A stretch of 63,645 bases of DNA, the filler included. It is 4 parts of 4 records of this genome, joined end to end, with 100 filler letters (N's around TTAATTAATTAA, not from the genome) between each part and the next. Parts side by side here need not be neighbours in the genome. Positions count along the whole stretch, not along the records: positions 29,179 to 46,753 come from DRR723986_9585; 3 more parts are not named here. One strand, written 5' to 3'. Of the stretch, positions 31,136 to 40,570 are shown one piece after another; position 1 is the first letter of the stretch, and each line of letters begins with the position of its first letter. The translations under genes and the position numbers were made by a program. A model generated the notes under the pieces. It did no database searches. It had not been told where the DNA came from and saw nothing but the letters and a program-made list of their open reading frames with translations.

Positions 31136-32347
31136 TTGACTGACCTTGCTCTTGTGTCCGTGCCTGTAATGGCTGCCGTGGTGGGATGGTTCACTAACTG
31201 GCTCGCCATTCAGATGTCCTTTCATCCTGTCCGGTTCATCGGCGTTGGGGTTATTGGCTGGCAAGGGGTGATTCCGCGCAAGGCCGAGAAAATGGCCCAC
31301 ATCTGCATTGATCGCACACTGCAGAAGTTTGGCGACCTGAATTCTGTGTACCAGAAGCTGGAGCCCAACCGCATTGTGGAACAGGTGGTGGCTCAGGTAA
31401 CGCCCCGTATGGATGAGTACATTGACGAGGTCATGTATGAAATCCAGCCGGTACTCTGGGATAACCTGCCGCTGTTTGTTCGTGCCCGGATCTATCAGTG
31501 GGCACGGCAACAGTTACCCAATCGGGTAGAAGAACTGGTGGAGGATTTTGGTGACGACCTGGATGAGCTGGTCGATCTCAAGGCTCTGTTGAGTCGGGAG
31601 CTTCAGAACCATCCGGACCTGATGAATCGTATCTTCCAGCAGGCCGGTGCGGTTGAACTCAGGTCGGTCATTAATCGGGGCGCGATTATCGGTGCCTTGA
31701 TGGGCGCGGTGCTGGCGCCGGTTTCGGTGTTCTACCCCCAGCCCTGGTTACTGCCGGTAGGCGGCTTTTTTATTGGCTTTATCACTAACTGGATTGCCAT
31801 CAACCTGATCTTTGCACCGGTGCGCCCGCGCCGGGTATTGTTCTGGCAGTTGCAGGGGCTGTTCCTGCGTCGGCAGGATGAAATCAGCGATATCTGGGCG
31901 CGCCTGGTGGCGGAGGAATTGATCACGGTGGAGAAAGTCGCCGATGCCATGATCAACGGTCAGCATGGTGACCGTACCCGCGCCATCATCCAGAAACACC
32001 TGCGCCCCATGCTCGACAATTCCATGGTCATGAAGCTGGCGGCCCAGGTGTCTGTGGGCATGACCGGTTACACCGAGCTCAAGCGCGTGATGAATCAGAA
32101 AGCGGTGCTGGCAACCCGGGATGTATTCAGTGATCCCGCTTTCAATCGGGAGCGTGCACCCGTCGTGGCGGGGGTGCTGGCCAGCCAGATGAAAGCCCTG
32201 CGCCCGGAAGAGTTCCAGGACATCCTCAGGCCAGCGTTCCGGGAGGAAGAAATCCAGCTGATGTTCGTAGGTGGCTTGTTTGGTGCCGTGGCCGGGCTCA
32301 TTCAGGTTCTTGCCATGACCGGCTTGCCCCAGGCCGTACTGGGCTGA
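31136..32347 (+). CDS. DUF445-like membrane protein
   Basis: Repeated VGWFTNWLAI / IGFITNWIAI motifs, WQGVIP; TTG start. Confidence 0.8.
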   Translation: MTDLALVSVPVMAAVVGWFTNWLAIQMSFHPVRFIGVGVIGWQGVIPRKAEKMAHICIDRTLQKFGDLNSVYQKLEPNRIVEQVVAQVTPRMDEYIDEVMYEIQPVLWDNLPLFVRARIYQWARQQLPNRVEELVEDFGDDLDELVDLKALLSRELQNHPDLMNRIFQQAGAVELRSVINRGAIIGALMGAVLAPVSVFYPQPWLLPVGGFFIGFITNWIAINLIFAPVRPRRVLFWQLQGLFLRRQDEISDIWARLVAEELITVEKVADAMINGQHGDRTRAIIQKHLRPMLDNSMVMKLAAQVSVGMTGYTELKRVMNQKAVLATRDVFSDPAFNRERAPVVAGVLASQMKALRPEEFQDILRPAFREEEIQLMFVGGLFGAVAGLIQVLAMTGLPQAVLG

Positions 32348-32368
32348 CCACACCAGGGAGAATAGCGT

Positions 32369-32728
32369 ATGCCAGTTTGGGCACAGATCCTCACGCAGGT
32401 TTTACTGACAGCGGCCACCGTAACGGCCGTTCTCTTCGGTTTCTGGTTCTGGGTGGTAAAGCCATGGCTGGCTGAGCGCATTCAGGAACTGATTGATACC
32501 GCCAATGAGATTGAGCCGAGGGTGACCAGTGGCGTTCAGAAGGGGGTTGCTGAATCTATCCGGCAGATACCCCAAAGCGCCTGGGACGGTGCCACCAGGG
32601 AATCCACTCGCCAGTTCCTCAAGTTTGGCTCGAACCTGTTTGAAAACGGGCTGAGCACCTTTCTGGGTGCCGCTGCCGAAGAGCAGCAAGCGGCCCGGGC
32701 ACGGTCAGCCGAAAAGCGGGACAGATAA
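32369..32728 (+). CDS. Hypothetical single-TM protein
   Basis: GGGAG RBS, N-terminal hydrophobic helix, in an apparent operon with the DUF445 gene. Confidence 0.7.
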   Translation: MPVWAQILTQVLLTAATVTAVLFGFWFWVVKPWLAERIQELIDTANEIEPRVTSGVQKGVAESIRQIPQSAWDGATRESTRQFLKFGSNLFENGLSTFLGAAAEEQQAARARSAEKRDR

Positions 32729-32751
32729 CAGGGGAGATATCTCCCACTGGT

Positions 32752-33078
32752 TCAGAGGCAGTTCGTAGGGCGAGGCAGGCCGGCTATCCGGCAGGCCGTT
32801 TTGGCGGGTGTTCCGGGGAACAGCGTCATCAGGTAGATGCTGTCGCCTTTCTCGTCCCCCAGTGCCTCTCTTACGGCCTTCACGAACAACCGGTTCGACG
32901 GTGGCGACATCTCATGCTGTTTATAAAAATCCCTTAAAAAGTATATGATTTCCCAGTGTTTTTCCATTAACTCAATGTCGTCTTCCTGAGCGATTTCCTG
33001 GGCTACCTCATTGGTCCAGGTGGCCGCGTCCTCCAGAAAACCTTCGTTGTTTCTCACAGGCGAATTCGAAGCACTCAT
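32752..33078 (-). CDS. tusE: TusE/DsrC family sulfur relay protein
   Basis: EGFL..W, HWEII..LR, C-terminal PAKTACRIAGLPRPTNCL. Confidence 0.9.
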   Translation of the reverse strand: MSASNSPVRNNEGFLEDAATWTNEVAQEIAQEDDIELMEKHWEIIYFLRDFYKQHEMSPPSNRLFVKAVREALGDEKGDSIYLMTLFPGTPAKTACRIAGLPRPTNCL

Positions 33079-33081
33079 GGT

Positions 33082-33369
33082 TTACCAGTTGATGATTCGT
33101 GAATGATTGACGGTCAGCTGCACAAAACCGGCGTAGTCGACCAGCTGCTCTGAGGGCACGCGGTTAGCCACGGCGCGCGCATTCGCGTCTGCCTCCAGGC
33201 CATAAGACGCCCCTGGCAGCTGTCTTTCCCGATCAAGCAGTGCGAGCACCGCATCCTCAATCAGCAGTAACGTGTCACCCTGTTGAACCGATGCCAGGCA
33301 ATGCCGAAACCTGGCGTGTTCCGGAGCCTTATTGATGATGTGCAGGGTAGTGTTGACGTTCTCAAGCAT
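33082..33369 (-). CDS. tusB: Sulfurtransferase complex subunit TusB (DsrH)
   Basis: LHIINKAP, LLLIEDAV, VDYAGFVQL, terminal W. Confidence 0.9.
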   Translation of the reverse strand: MLENVNTTLHIINKAPEHARFRHCLASVQQGDTLLLIEDAVLALLDRERQLPGASYGLEADANARAVANRVPSEQLVDYAGFVQLTVNHSRIINW

Positions 33370-33378
33370 GACAGGTTC

Positions 33379-33729
33379 CTATCCGGCAAAAACGACGCGG
33401 CTATATTGGCCCAGGGTTTCGGAAATTGACTCCGCTGCCGTAGTCCCTGGCAGTAAATCGCTGGTCTCCAGCCCGTACTTCGCGCAAGCCCGGGAATCCA
33501 CCAGTATCTGTTCAACGCCGAACAGGGCGGCCGCAGCGAGATTCTTCTCCACAGATTTCTGGCCGACGGCGTCGGCGGCCTGGCCTTTGCACAGCCAGTT
33601 GACGCCAGCCCCCAGAAACAGCATGGCGGCGGGCTGGTCGAAGGCTGCCAGGGAGAAGGTCATGTCCAGCGCTTCTCGTCCAGTCCAGGAGCCATAGGGT
33701 GGCTGATCGATCACAATCAGGGTGGTCAT
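33379..33729 (-). CDS. tusC: Sulfurtransferase complex subunit TusC (DsrF)
   Basis: PPYGS..GREALD..AAFD, position in the operon. Confidence 0.88.
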   Translation of the reverse strand: MTTLIVIDQPPYGSWTGREALDMTFSLAAFDQPAAMLFLGAGVNWLCKGQAADAVGQKSVEKNLAAAALFGVEQILVDSRACAKYGLETSDLLPGTTAAESISETLGQYSRVVFAG

Positions 33730-33731
33730 GG

Positions 33732-34142
33732 TCAGTGTGCCCCGTGAAAATAAAGAACCCGGTTGGACTTCAGGTTACCCTCTACCCATTCGCCAAGACC
33801 GGCAATCTCGAAGGGTGCCCTGAGATTGCTGGCGGTCAGTTCGTAACGGGCCTGTTCGGTCTTATCGACAATGCCACGGCGCAGGGCTGAAGCAATGCAG
33901 GCGACCGCTGTGATGTTGTTCCCGGAAAGGAATTCAGACCACAGTCGCGGCCAGTGTTGCTCATCGGAGGGAGGAGCGCTCAGGGCCGACGCCAGGTGTA
34001 CGCCATCACCATACAGGAACACCCGGTCGATACGGTGGCCCGCTTTCAGCAGGGCCTGAGCGAATGACAGGGCAGTCTGGGGAGCCTGTGTTGCCCAGGG
34101 GGCACCGGTAATCACGAGTGTGTAACTGAGTGGCTGAGGCAT
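33732..34142 (-). CDS. tusD: Sulfurtransferase complex subunit TusD (DsrE)
   Basis: VFLYGDGV, active-site ACIASALRRG, AGLG. Confidence 0.92.
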   Translation of the reverse strand: MPQPLSYTLVITGAPWATQAPQTALSFAQALLKAGHRIDRVFLYGDGVHLASALSAPPSDEQHWPRLWSEFLSGNNITAVACIASALRRGIVDKTEQARYELTASNLRAPFEIAGLGEWVEGNLKSNRVLYFHGAH

Positions 34143-34189
34143 GGAACTGGATGCTGACTGATGGAAACCCTGCAAGTGTACCTAAAGCA

Positions 34190-34215
34190 AAAACCCCGGC
34201 ATAGGCCGGGGTTTT
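34190..34215 (-). terminator. Intrinsic terminator after yccA
   Basis: AAAACCCCGGC-ATAG-GCCGGGGTTTT perfect hairpin. Confidence 0.85.
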
Positions 34216-34242
34216 CTCAAGGCATTGGACTGAGTGTACTGA

Positions 34243-34950
34243 TCAGTCTTCGCCGCTGAACGCAGACAGCAGGTGCAGCAGGCTGACGAACAGGTTGTAG
34301 ATGGACACATACAGGCCCACAGTGGCGATGATGTAGTTACGCTCGCCACCCTTGATGATCTGGCTGGTCTCAAACAGGATCATGATCGAAGCGAAGATCG
34401 TGAAGCCTGCTGAAACGGCCAGGTGCAGAGCAGAACTCTCCATGAAGAACGCCAGCAGCATGGCCCCAATCAGCACAAATGCGCCAGCGGTCAGGAAGCT
34501 GGACAGGAAGCTGAAGTCCTTCTTGGTGATGATGGCGGTTGCGGACAGGCCCACGAACGCGACGGCCGTCAGCGTCAGTGCCTGAGCAACAATCTGCGAG
34601 GCGCCGGCTGCGACAAATGCACCGATGATCGGACCAAGGGTGTAACCCATAAAGCCGGTCAGTGCGAAGGTGGTGACGATGCCCCAGGGGCTGTTCTTCA
34701 GTTTATAGGTGGCAAACAGCAGGCCGATGTAGCCCACGATGGTAATCAGGAAGCCCGGGTGCGTGCCATTCATGTTCAGGAACGCAGTCACGGCTGAAAA
34801 CGCCAGGGTCATACCGAGCAGCATGTAGGTGTTACGCAACACCTTCATGGCGTCGTCGCTGATACCGGTCGTTGCGCGACTGGTTTCGCTGGCCGGCGAG
34901 TAGGCCGCCTGGTTGTTCTGAACGCCGAAACGTCTGTCTTCCATTGTCAT
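34243..34950 (-). CDS. yccA: Bax inhibitor-1/YccA family membrane protein
   Basis: VLRNTYMLL, MGYTLGPI, KDFSFL, GGERNYI..LYVSIYNLF. Confidence 0.93.
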   Translation of the reverse strand: MTMEDRRFGVQNNQAAYSPASETSRATTGISDDAMKVLRNTYMLLGMTLAFSAVTAFLNMNGTHPGFLITIVGYIGLLFATYKLKNSPWGIVTTFALTGFMGYTLGPIIGAFVAAGASQIVAQALTLTAVAFVGLSATAIITKKDFSFLSSFLTAGAFVLIGAMLLAFFMESSALHLAVSAGFTIFASIMILFETSQIIKGGERNYIIATVGLYVSIYNLFVSLLHLLSAFSGED

Positions 34951-35122
34951 CTCCGTTTAGTGCTCTAGTGCAACTGGATACTGTAGACCATCATAATGTC
35001 GAAACCGCAACTTTCAATCATTTACGACAGAGAAACACCAAATGGATTCCATTAAAACGCGGTAATCTTGTCTAAGCTCTGACCAGAAGCCACGGAATTT
35101 GCTTTGTTTTTCTTGCAGGGCG

Positions 35123-35150
35123 TTGACAGAGGGGGCAAATCCGGTATCAT
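35123..35150 (+). promoter_or_regulatory. Sigma70 promoter of tRNA-Ser
   Basis: TTGACA-N16-TATCAT followed by a GC-rich discriminator. Confidence 0.8.
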
Positions 35151-35207
35151 TCCTCCCGCTGTCGACACGGCAGCTAGCCGAAGCGTTTCCCGATGCTTCG
35201 ACAAGAC

Positions 35208-35298
35208 GGTGGGCTGGCAGAGTGGCTGAATGCAGCGGTCTTGAAAACCGCCGACGGTTAATAGCCGTCCCGGGGTTCGAATCCCTGGCCCACCGCCA
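35208..35298 (+). tRNA. tRNA-Ser (anticodon TGA)
   Basis: GGTGGGC/GCCCACC acceptor stem plus GCCA, anticodon arm GCGGT-CTTGAAA-ACCGC, long variable arm, GTTCGAATC. Confidence 0.97.
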
Positions 35299-35580
35299 TT
35301 TTTCTTCTTGTTTTTCCTCTCGATACCCCAATATCTTGGTTACACCAATCCCCCCGCTGGATTCCAAACGCCGCGTTTCATATCCGGGAGATTTCATCCA
35401 TGGCTGAACATCCGGAAAACCAGGAACAGACAGAACGCAAAAACCGCCGCTTCGCCGTGTCAGCCAATCGAGGCAGGGCGAGCCATCGCGTGCGTTATGT
35501 CGAGACGGGTGGCGCGGCCGTAGATACGGAAGAGTGCACCTTTTGTCAGGCCGTTCCCGACCTTGAGCATGCCGGGGGAA

Positions 35581-36534
35581 TTAAAGCCACTCAAGTGCCT
35601 GGCCATTCTGACACCAGCGAGTGTTCTGGTAGTGAAGCTCAAAAAGCCGACGCTGATTCTGCGCCGTAGCCAGGTCGCATAATTCAAACCGGACACGGTC
35701 ACCGGGTAGTTGCTGGGCCAGGCGGCTGCAATCCAGGATCGGTACCACGCCAGGCTTCGGGTAGCCACCAATCGTCTGGCCATCGTTCAGCAGCACGATA
35801 GGCTGACCATCGCCGGGAATCTGAACAGATCCGTGTGCAATGCCTTCGGAGATGATGCCGGGCGGAGGGCAGTCCAGGGCCTTTCCCTGAAGCCGGAAAC
35901 CCATACGGTCGGATTGATCGCTAACGGTGTAGCTGCTGGTTGTCAGCCGCAGGATATCTGACCGCTGAAATTGAGTGTACTGATAGCCCGGTATCAGGCC
36001 AATAACCACCTCTGAACTAATATCAGAGCGCTGGTGCGCGGGCACTTCCCGGCTTGGCACTTTTCGTTGCGGTTCCCGTGGTACCAGTTTATCTCCTATC
36101 TTTATCGGGCCCCGGCCCTCAAGCTTTTCCCGAACAACCACCGTGCGACTGCCGAACTGCTCCGGTGAATCCAGTCCTCCCGCCACGGCCAGGTAGATAA
36201 GCCGGTTATGAACCGAGTGGCTGATGGTCAGCTCGTCACCGTCATTCAGGTTAAAGGTTCGCCACAGTTCAAGCGGTTCACCGTTCACGGCCACGCTGGT
36301 TCTGGCGCCGGTGATGGCAATCTGGAGCGAGCCGTGGGCAATGGCGCGGAATCCGCCCAGCATGATTTCCAGGCAGGCAGCATGGCGAGGGTTGTCCAGC
36401 AGCTTGTTGGCCCAGGCATAACTAACCTGGTCAAGGGCGCCGCCCGCGGCCAGCCCGTGGTGGCGATACCCCCGACGACCACTGTCCTGCACGGTGCTTT
36501 GCACCCCGGGATGAATGACTTCCAGCCATCTCAT
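35581..36534 (-). CDS. pxpC: 5-oxoprolinase subunit C (carboxyltransferase domain)
   Basis: TVQDSGR..GALD, SDRMGFRL, DGQPIVLL..QTIGGYP. Confidence 0.9.
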   Translation of the reverse strand: MRWLEVIHPGVQSTVQDSGRRGYRHHGLAAGGALDQVSYAWANKLLDNPRHAACLEIMLGGFRAIAHGSLQIAITGARTSVAVNGEPLELWRTFNLNDGDELTISHSVHNRLIYLAVAGGLDSPEQFGSRTVVVREKLEGRGPIKIGDKLVPREPQRKVPSREVPAHQRSDISSEVVIGLIPGYQYTQFQRSDILRLTTSSYTVSDQSDRMGFRLQGKALDCPPPGIISEGIAHGSVQIPGDGQPIVLLNDGQTIGGYPKPGVVPILDCSRLAQQLPGDRVRFELCDLATAQNQRRLFELHYQNTRWCQNGQALEWL

Positions 36535-37214
36535 GGCGCAAGCTCCCCACCGGCGGCCAGAAATGCCTCCCGGCTGATGGGCGTGAAACGCACCCGATCG
36601 CCCACCTTGAGTAGTGACAACTTGGTTGGGTCAAACAAGGATGTCGGGCAACGGCCAATCAACTGCCAGCCGCCAGGCGAAGCCTGAGGGTAAACCGCTG
36701 TCTGGCGGTCGGCAATGCCAACACTTCCGGCCGGTACCTGTTTGCGCGGGCTGGTTTTCCGTGGCGCGGCGATGCTGGGGTCAACTTGCCCCATAAAGGC
36801 AAAGCCGGGGGCAAATCCGAGCGCGTGCACCCGGTATTCCACCGAGCTGTGTCGACGAATCACTTCCTCCCAATCCAGGCTGCTTTCCGAGGCCAGCCAC
36901 TGCAGGTCAGGCCCGGTCTCGGCGCTGTAATACACCGGCAGTTCCACCAGGCGGCCGTTCAACTCCGCCGTGTGCGCCTGCGTGCTCAGCCTGTGAACGA
37001 GGGGCCTGAGTTCGGTGGTCACCTGCCGGAAATCGACGAGCATGGGGTCGTAGACCACCATCAATGTGGTGTATGAGGGCACCATATCCACCAGCCAGTG
37101 AAAACCGGCACGACGGATGCTGTCGACGAGGCTGGCAATGCGAGCGGGCAGGGTATCGTCAATGGCCGGGGCCAGGGTAATCAGGATGGTGTCTTCGGAA
37201 ACCGGTTCAATCAT
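36531..37214 (-). CDS. pxpB: 5-oxoprolinase subunit B
   Basis: VPSYTT, GPDL, GFAPGF, PAGSVGIA, SPGGWQLIG. Confidence 0.92.
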   Translation of the reverse strand: MIEPVSEDTILITLAPAIDDTLPARIASLVDSIRRAGFHWLVDMVPSYTTLMVVYDPMLVDFRQVTTELRPLVHRLSTQAHTAELNGRLVELPVYYSAETGPDLQWLASESSLDWEEVIRRHSSVEYRVHALGFAPGFAFMGQVDPSIAAPRKTSPRKQVPAGSVGIADRQTAVYPQASPGGWQLIGRCPTSLFDPTKLSLLKVGDRVRFTPISREAFLAAGGELAP

Positions 37215-37951
37215 TGGCCGGATTTGCCGAGCGCCTTGCGGATGGCTTTGATCGCCTCCAGTGCGGCATCATTGTCGCCATGCACGCACAGGCTGTTGGC
37301 CGGAAGCTCAAGCCAGTGGCCGGTGGTACTGAACACACCACCTTTGTCAGCAAACGACTTTGCCTGGCGAACGATGATGTCCGGATCCTCGTGCACCGCT
37401 CCGGCCTGGCGCCGGGAAACCAGCTGGCCTTCGTCATCGTAGGCGCGGTCTGCAAAGGCTTCCAGCAGTAGGGGCAGGCCAACATCGGCCGCCATCTGCT
37501 GATGTTTGCGGTAATTGCAGGTGACCGGAATCATCAGTGGCAGATCGGTCCGGAAGGTGCGTACGGCCTCCATCACGGCGCGAAGCAGTCTATTGTCCCG
37601 CATCATGTCGTTATTCAGGGCGCCATGGGGTTTGACGTAGCTTAGCGTCAGGCTTTCACTGCGGCACATGCCTTCGAGCGCCCCGAGCTGATACAGCATC
37701 AGGGCTTCGATTTCTTCCGGCGTGTGGTGAATCGAGCGCCGGCCGAAGCCGGGCAGGTCGTGATAGGACGGGTGAGCGCCAACCGCCACGTCATGGGCAG
37801 CTGCCAGTGCCAGTGTTTTGCGAATCACCATAGGATCTGCGGCGTGAAAGCCACAGGCCACGTTGGCCATGTCGATCAGGGGCATAACCAGGTCGTCCTG
37901 GCCCATTTGCCAGGCGCCGTAGCTTTCCCCCAGATCGCAATTCAGTTTCAT
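37211..37951 (-). CDS. pxpA: 5-oxoprolinase subunit A (LamB/YcsF)
   Basis: MKLNCDLGESYG, NVACGFHA, KPHGALNN, EAFADRAY, CVHGD. Confidence 0.94.
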   Translation of the reverse strand: MKLNCDLGESYGAWQMGQDDLVMPLIDMANVACGFHAADPMVIRKTLALAAAHDVAVGAHPSYHDLPGFGRRSIHHTPEEIEALMLYQLGALEGMCRSESLTLSYVKPHGALNNDMMRDNRLLRAVMEAVRTFRTDLPLMIPVTCNYRKHQQMAADVGLPLLLEAFADRAYDDEGQLVSRRQAGAVHEDPDIIVRQAKSFADKGGVFSTTGHWLELPANSLCVHGDNDAALEAIKAIRKALGKSGQ

Positions 37952-37970
37952 GGCGCTGTCCTGTCTCTCC

Positions 37971-39083
37971 TCAGATGTCGCTGCGGCCCGGGAAGGTGGC
38001 CTGTTTGCTCTCTTCCGCCAGTCTGGCCCGCTGTTCCAGGGACTCCGGCGAATTCTCGGGAATACCCCATCCCTGCAGATTTTCCTCAACCAGTGTCACC
38101 AGGGCATCGATGTGCCCCGGAGTGGCGTTCAGGCAGGGAATATAGCTAAAGCCTTCGCCGCCGGACTCCATAAAGTATTCGCGGTTTTCCTCGTTAATCT
38201 CCTCGATCGTTTCCAGACAATCGGCGGAGAAACCAGGGCAAAATACATCAATGGATTTTACCCCTTTTTCGGGCAAGGCTTTAAGGGTTTCATCGGTATA
38301 GGGTTGCAGCCATTCCTCCCGCCCGAACCGGGACTGGAAAGTGGTCATGTACTGGTCTTTACCGAGGCCAAGGCGCTCCGCCAGCAGCCGCGATGTCTTA
38401 TGGCATTCGCAGTGGTAGGGGTCGCCCTTCAGCAGGTATTTCAGCGGTACGCCGTGGTAGGAGAGAATCAGTTTTTCCTTGCGGCCATGTTTAGCCCAGT
38501 GCGATTCAATATGGCGCGCCATGGCTTCGATGTACGGCGGGAAATCGTGGTAATGGGAAACAAACCGGAAATCGGGCACCCAACGCCGCCGGGTAAAGTC
38601 TTTTGAAATGGCATCGAAGGTTGAGGCTGTGGTTGAGGCCGAATACTGGGGATACAGCGGAAGTACCAGCAGCTTGCGCACGCCCTGTTGTTGCATCTCT
38701 TCCAGTACCCGGGGGATGGAAGGGTTGCCATAACGCATAGCGAAACCTACCACCACATTGGTACCGAAACGCCGTTTCATGGCCTCACGGATACCCTCAG
38801 CCTGTTTCGCCGTGTGAATCAGCAGGGGAGAACCCTCCTTCTCCCACACACTGGCATAGGCTTCCGCACTTTTCCGGGGGCGGATGCGGAGAATGACGCC
38901 GTGCAGAATCAGCCACCACAGGGGGCGCGGTACCTCGACAACCCGCGGATCCCAGAGGAATTCCGCGAGGTATTTCCTCAGGGCGGGAGTAGTAGGTGCG
39001 TCGGGGGTTCCAAGGTTGGTGATCAGCACACCGAGCCGGTCCGGCTCATTGTGGCGGTAGTTATCGATCCCGTTGTAAGGCAT
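37971..39083 (-). CDS. hemH: Ferrochelatase
   Basis: NLGTP, MRYGNP, LYPQYS..T, SYHGVP, FQSRFG..WLQP, DCLETIEE. Confidence 0.96.
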   Translation of the reverse strand: MPYNGIDNYRHNEPDRLGVLITNLGTPDAPTTPALRKYLAEFLWDPRVVEVPRPLWWLILHGVILRIRPRKSAEAYASVWEKEGSPLLIHTAKQAEGIREAMKRRFGTNVVVGFAMRYGNPSIPRVLEEMQQQGVRKLLVLPLYPQYSASTTASTFDAISKDFTRRRWVPDFRFVSHYHDFPPYIEAMARHIESHWAKHGRKEKLILSYHGVPLKYLLKGDPYHCECHKTSRLLAERLGLGKDQYMTTFQSRFGREEWLQPYTDETLKALPEKGVKSIDVFCPGFSADCLETIEEINEENREYFMESGGEGFSYIPCLNATPGHIDALVTLVEENLQGWGIPENSPESLEQRARLAEESKQATFPGRSDI

Positions 39084-39106
39084 TGAGACGTTCCGTGAGG
39101 TGAAAA

Positions 39107-39535
39107 TTAACGCTTGCCGGCCTGCTGCATCAGGCGGGGAATAAGCCCGGTAATGTCGTAACCTGCATTCCGTGCCCGGGACAGGATTTCCTCAGGCTGG
39201 TGGTCGCGCGCACTGCTCAGGGCCCATAGTACCGTACAGCGGGTGCCGGAACGACAGAAGGCTAGTACGGGTTTCTCGGCATCACGGATCATGGGCGCGA
39301 AACGTTTGACGTCCTGGTCGGTAATATTGCCAGACTCAACCGGCATGTAGACCCATTCAAGGCCCTCTGCTTTCGCTGCGGCCTCAATGTCGGCCATGGC
39401 CGGTTGGCCGTATTCTTCATGGTCGGGCCGATTGGCGACCAGGGTCCGAAACCCCAGCCGCGCAATTTCGGCAACGTCATCAATAGCGATTTGTGGCGCT
39501 ACGGAAATACTGTCATCAATTTTTCTGATATCCAC
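39107..39535 (-). CDS. TIGR01244/DUF442 (Blh-type) sulfurtransferase, phosphatase-like fold
   Basis: VAPQI, NRPDHE, PVLAFCRSGTR. Confidence 0.88.
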   Translation of the reverse strand: MDIRKIDDSISVAPQIAIDDVAEIARLGFRTLVANRPDHEEYGQPAMADIEAAAKAEGLEWVYMPVESGNITDQDVKRFAPMIRDAEKPVLAFCRSGTRCTVLWALSSARDHQPEEILSRARNAGYDITGLIPRLMQQAGKR

Positions 39536-39974
39536 GCGTGTCTCCCAACGACGGTCGTTTAATCCGCTCGATCACTTCGAATGCCATCATACCGGCCACC
39601 ATGGACGCAACAAAGACCACGGCCTTGATTTCTCCGGCACCAAGAGCCACCAGGGCGGGCCCTGGACAAAAACCGGCAATGCCCCAGCCAATACCGAACA
39701 TCATGCTGCCAATAACAAGTCTGGGCTCAATACGGTTGTTCGCCGGCATTTTCATGGTGAATCCGAGGAACGACAGGGTACGCCTGCGCGCCGCGGCGAA
39801 AGCGACCAGTCCGACGATGATTGCGCCTCCCATCACGAAAGCCAGTGACGGGTCCCAAAGGCCGGCGATATCGAGAAAACCGAGCACTTTTTCCGGATTG
39901 GCCATACCCGATACCATGAGCCCCAACCCGAAAATCAGTCCTGCCAGAAGTGAGGTGACAGAGTACTTCATCAT
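39516..39974 (-). CDS. YeeE/YedE-family sulfur transporter half (PmpA-like)
   Basis: FGLGL..SGM..P.KVLGFLD..WDPSL, GFCPGP. Confidence 0.9.
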   Translation of the reverse strand: MMKYSVTSLLAGLIFGLGLMVSGMANPEKVLGFLDIAGLWDPSLAFVMGGAIIVGLVAFAAARRRTLSFLGFTMKMPANNRIEPRLVIGSMMFGIGWGIAGFCPGPALVALGAGEIKAVVFVASMVAGMMAFEVIERIKRPSLGDTRGYQKN

Positions 39975-40412
39975 TCAGACTCCCATCAGGTGGCGAATTA
40001 CGAACACCGTTAAAAATCCTGTTGCCATAAAACTCAGGGTTGCGACCAGTGAGCGAGGCGACAGACGAGACAATCCACAGACACCATGCCCGCTGGTGCA
40101 GCCTGAGCCGTAGCGAGTGCCTATACCCACCAGCAATCCGGCAACGATCAGGGCTGGATAACCTGCGTCAATCTGAATCGGTGGAAGTTCAGAAAACAAC
40201 AGCCACAGGCTTGGGGTGCCCACAAGCCCGGCGAGAAAAGCCACCCGCCAGAGTATATCGCGGCGGGCAGGCACCAACAGGCCACCCAGTATTCCACTTA
40301 TTCCTGCAATGCGGCCGTTCAAAAGCAGGAAGCTTGCAGCGGCGAGGCCGATCAGCAGGCCGCCAGTCAGTGCAGCGCCAGGGGTAAACTGGCTCCAGGC
40401 AATATCAATCAT
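39975..40412 (-). CDS. YeeE/YedE-family sulfur transporter half (PmpB-like)
   Basis: [26 protein letters not shown]. Confidence 0.92.
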   Translation of the reverse strand: MIDIAWSQFTPGAALTGGLLIGLAAASFLLLNGRIAGISGILGGLLVPARRDILWRVAFLAGLVGTPSLWLLFSELPPIQIDAGYPALIVAGLLVGIGTRYGSGCTSGHGVCGLSRLSPRSLVATLSFMATGFLTVFVIRHLMGV

Positions 40413-40472
40413 TCATAGACTCCCGCGAAATATCGGTTTTGGAATAACCATATAATGGGGAGAAATAATAAC

Positions 40473-40570
40473 AAAAAAAGCCCGGCAGGGAATGCCGGGC
40501 AGAGGCGTGCGAGTAGTATCCATGAAAGACTTCCAGACAAACCGACATCAACAGGGATGCCGGTATTGGG
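40473..40570 (-). ncRNA. Candidate small RNA or leader ending in an orphan intrinsic terminator
   Basis: Minus-strand hairpin at 40541-40564 (G-U pair only on the minus strand); terminator GCCCGGCA/TGCCGGGC at 40480-40500 plus U7; no credible upstream minus-strand gene; 5' end estimated. Confidence 0.55.

Noticed and set aside
35299..35669. Integrated element at tRNA-Ser, or the 89-aa ORF 35400-35669
   Set aside because: No integrase and no duplicated tRNA 3' end seen; the ORF overlaps the pxpC 3' end by 89 nt and has no recognisable motif, so it is not called
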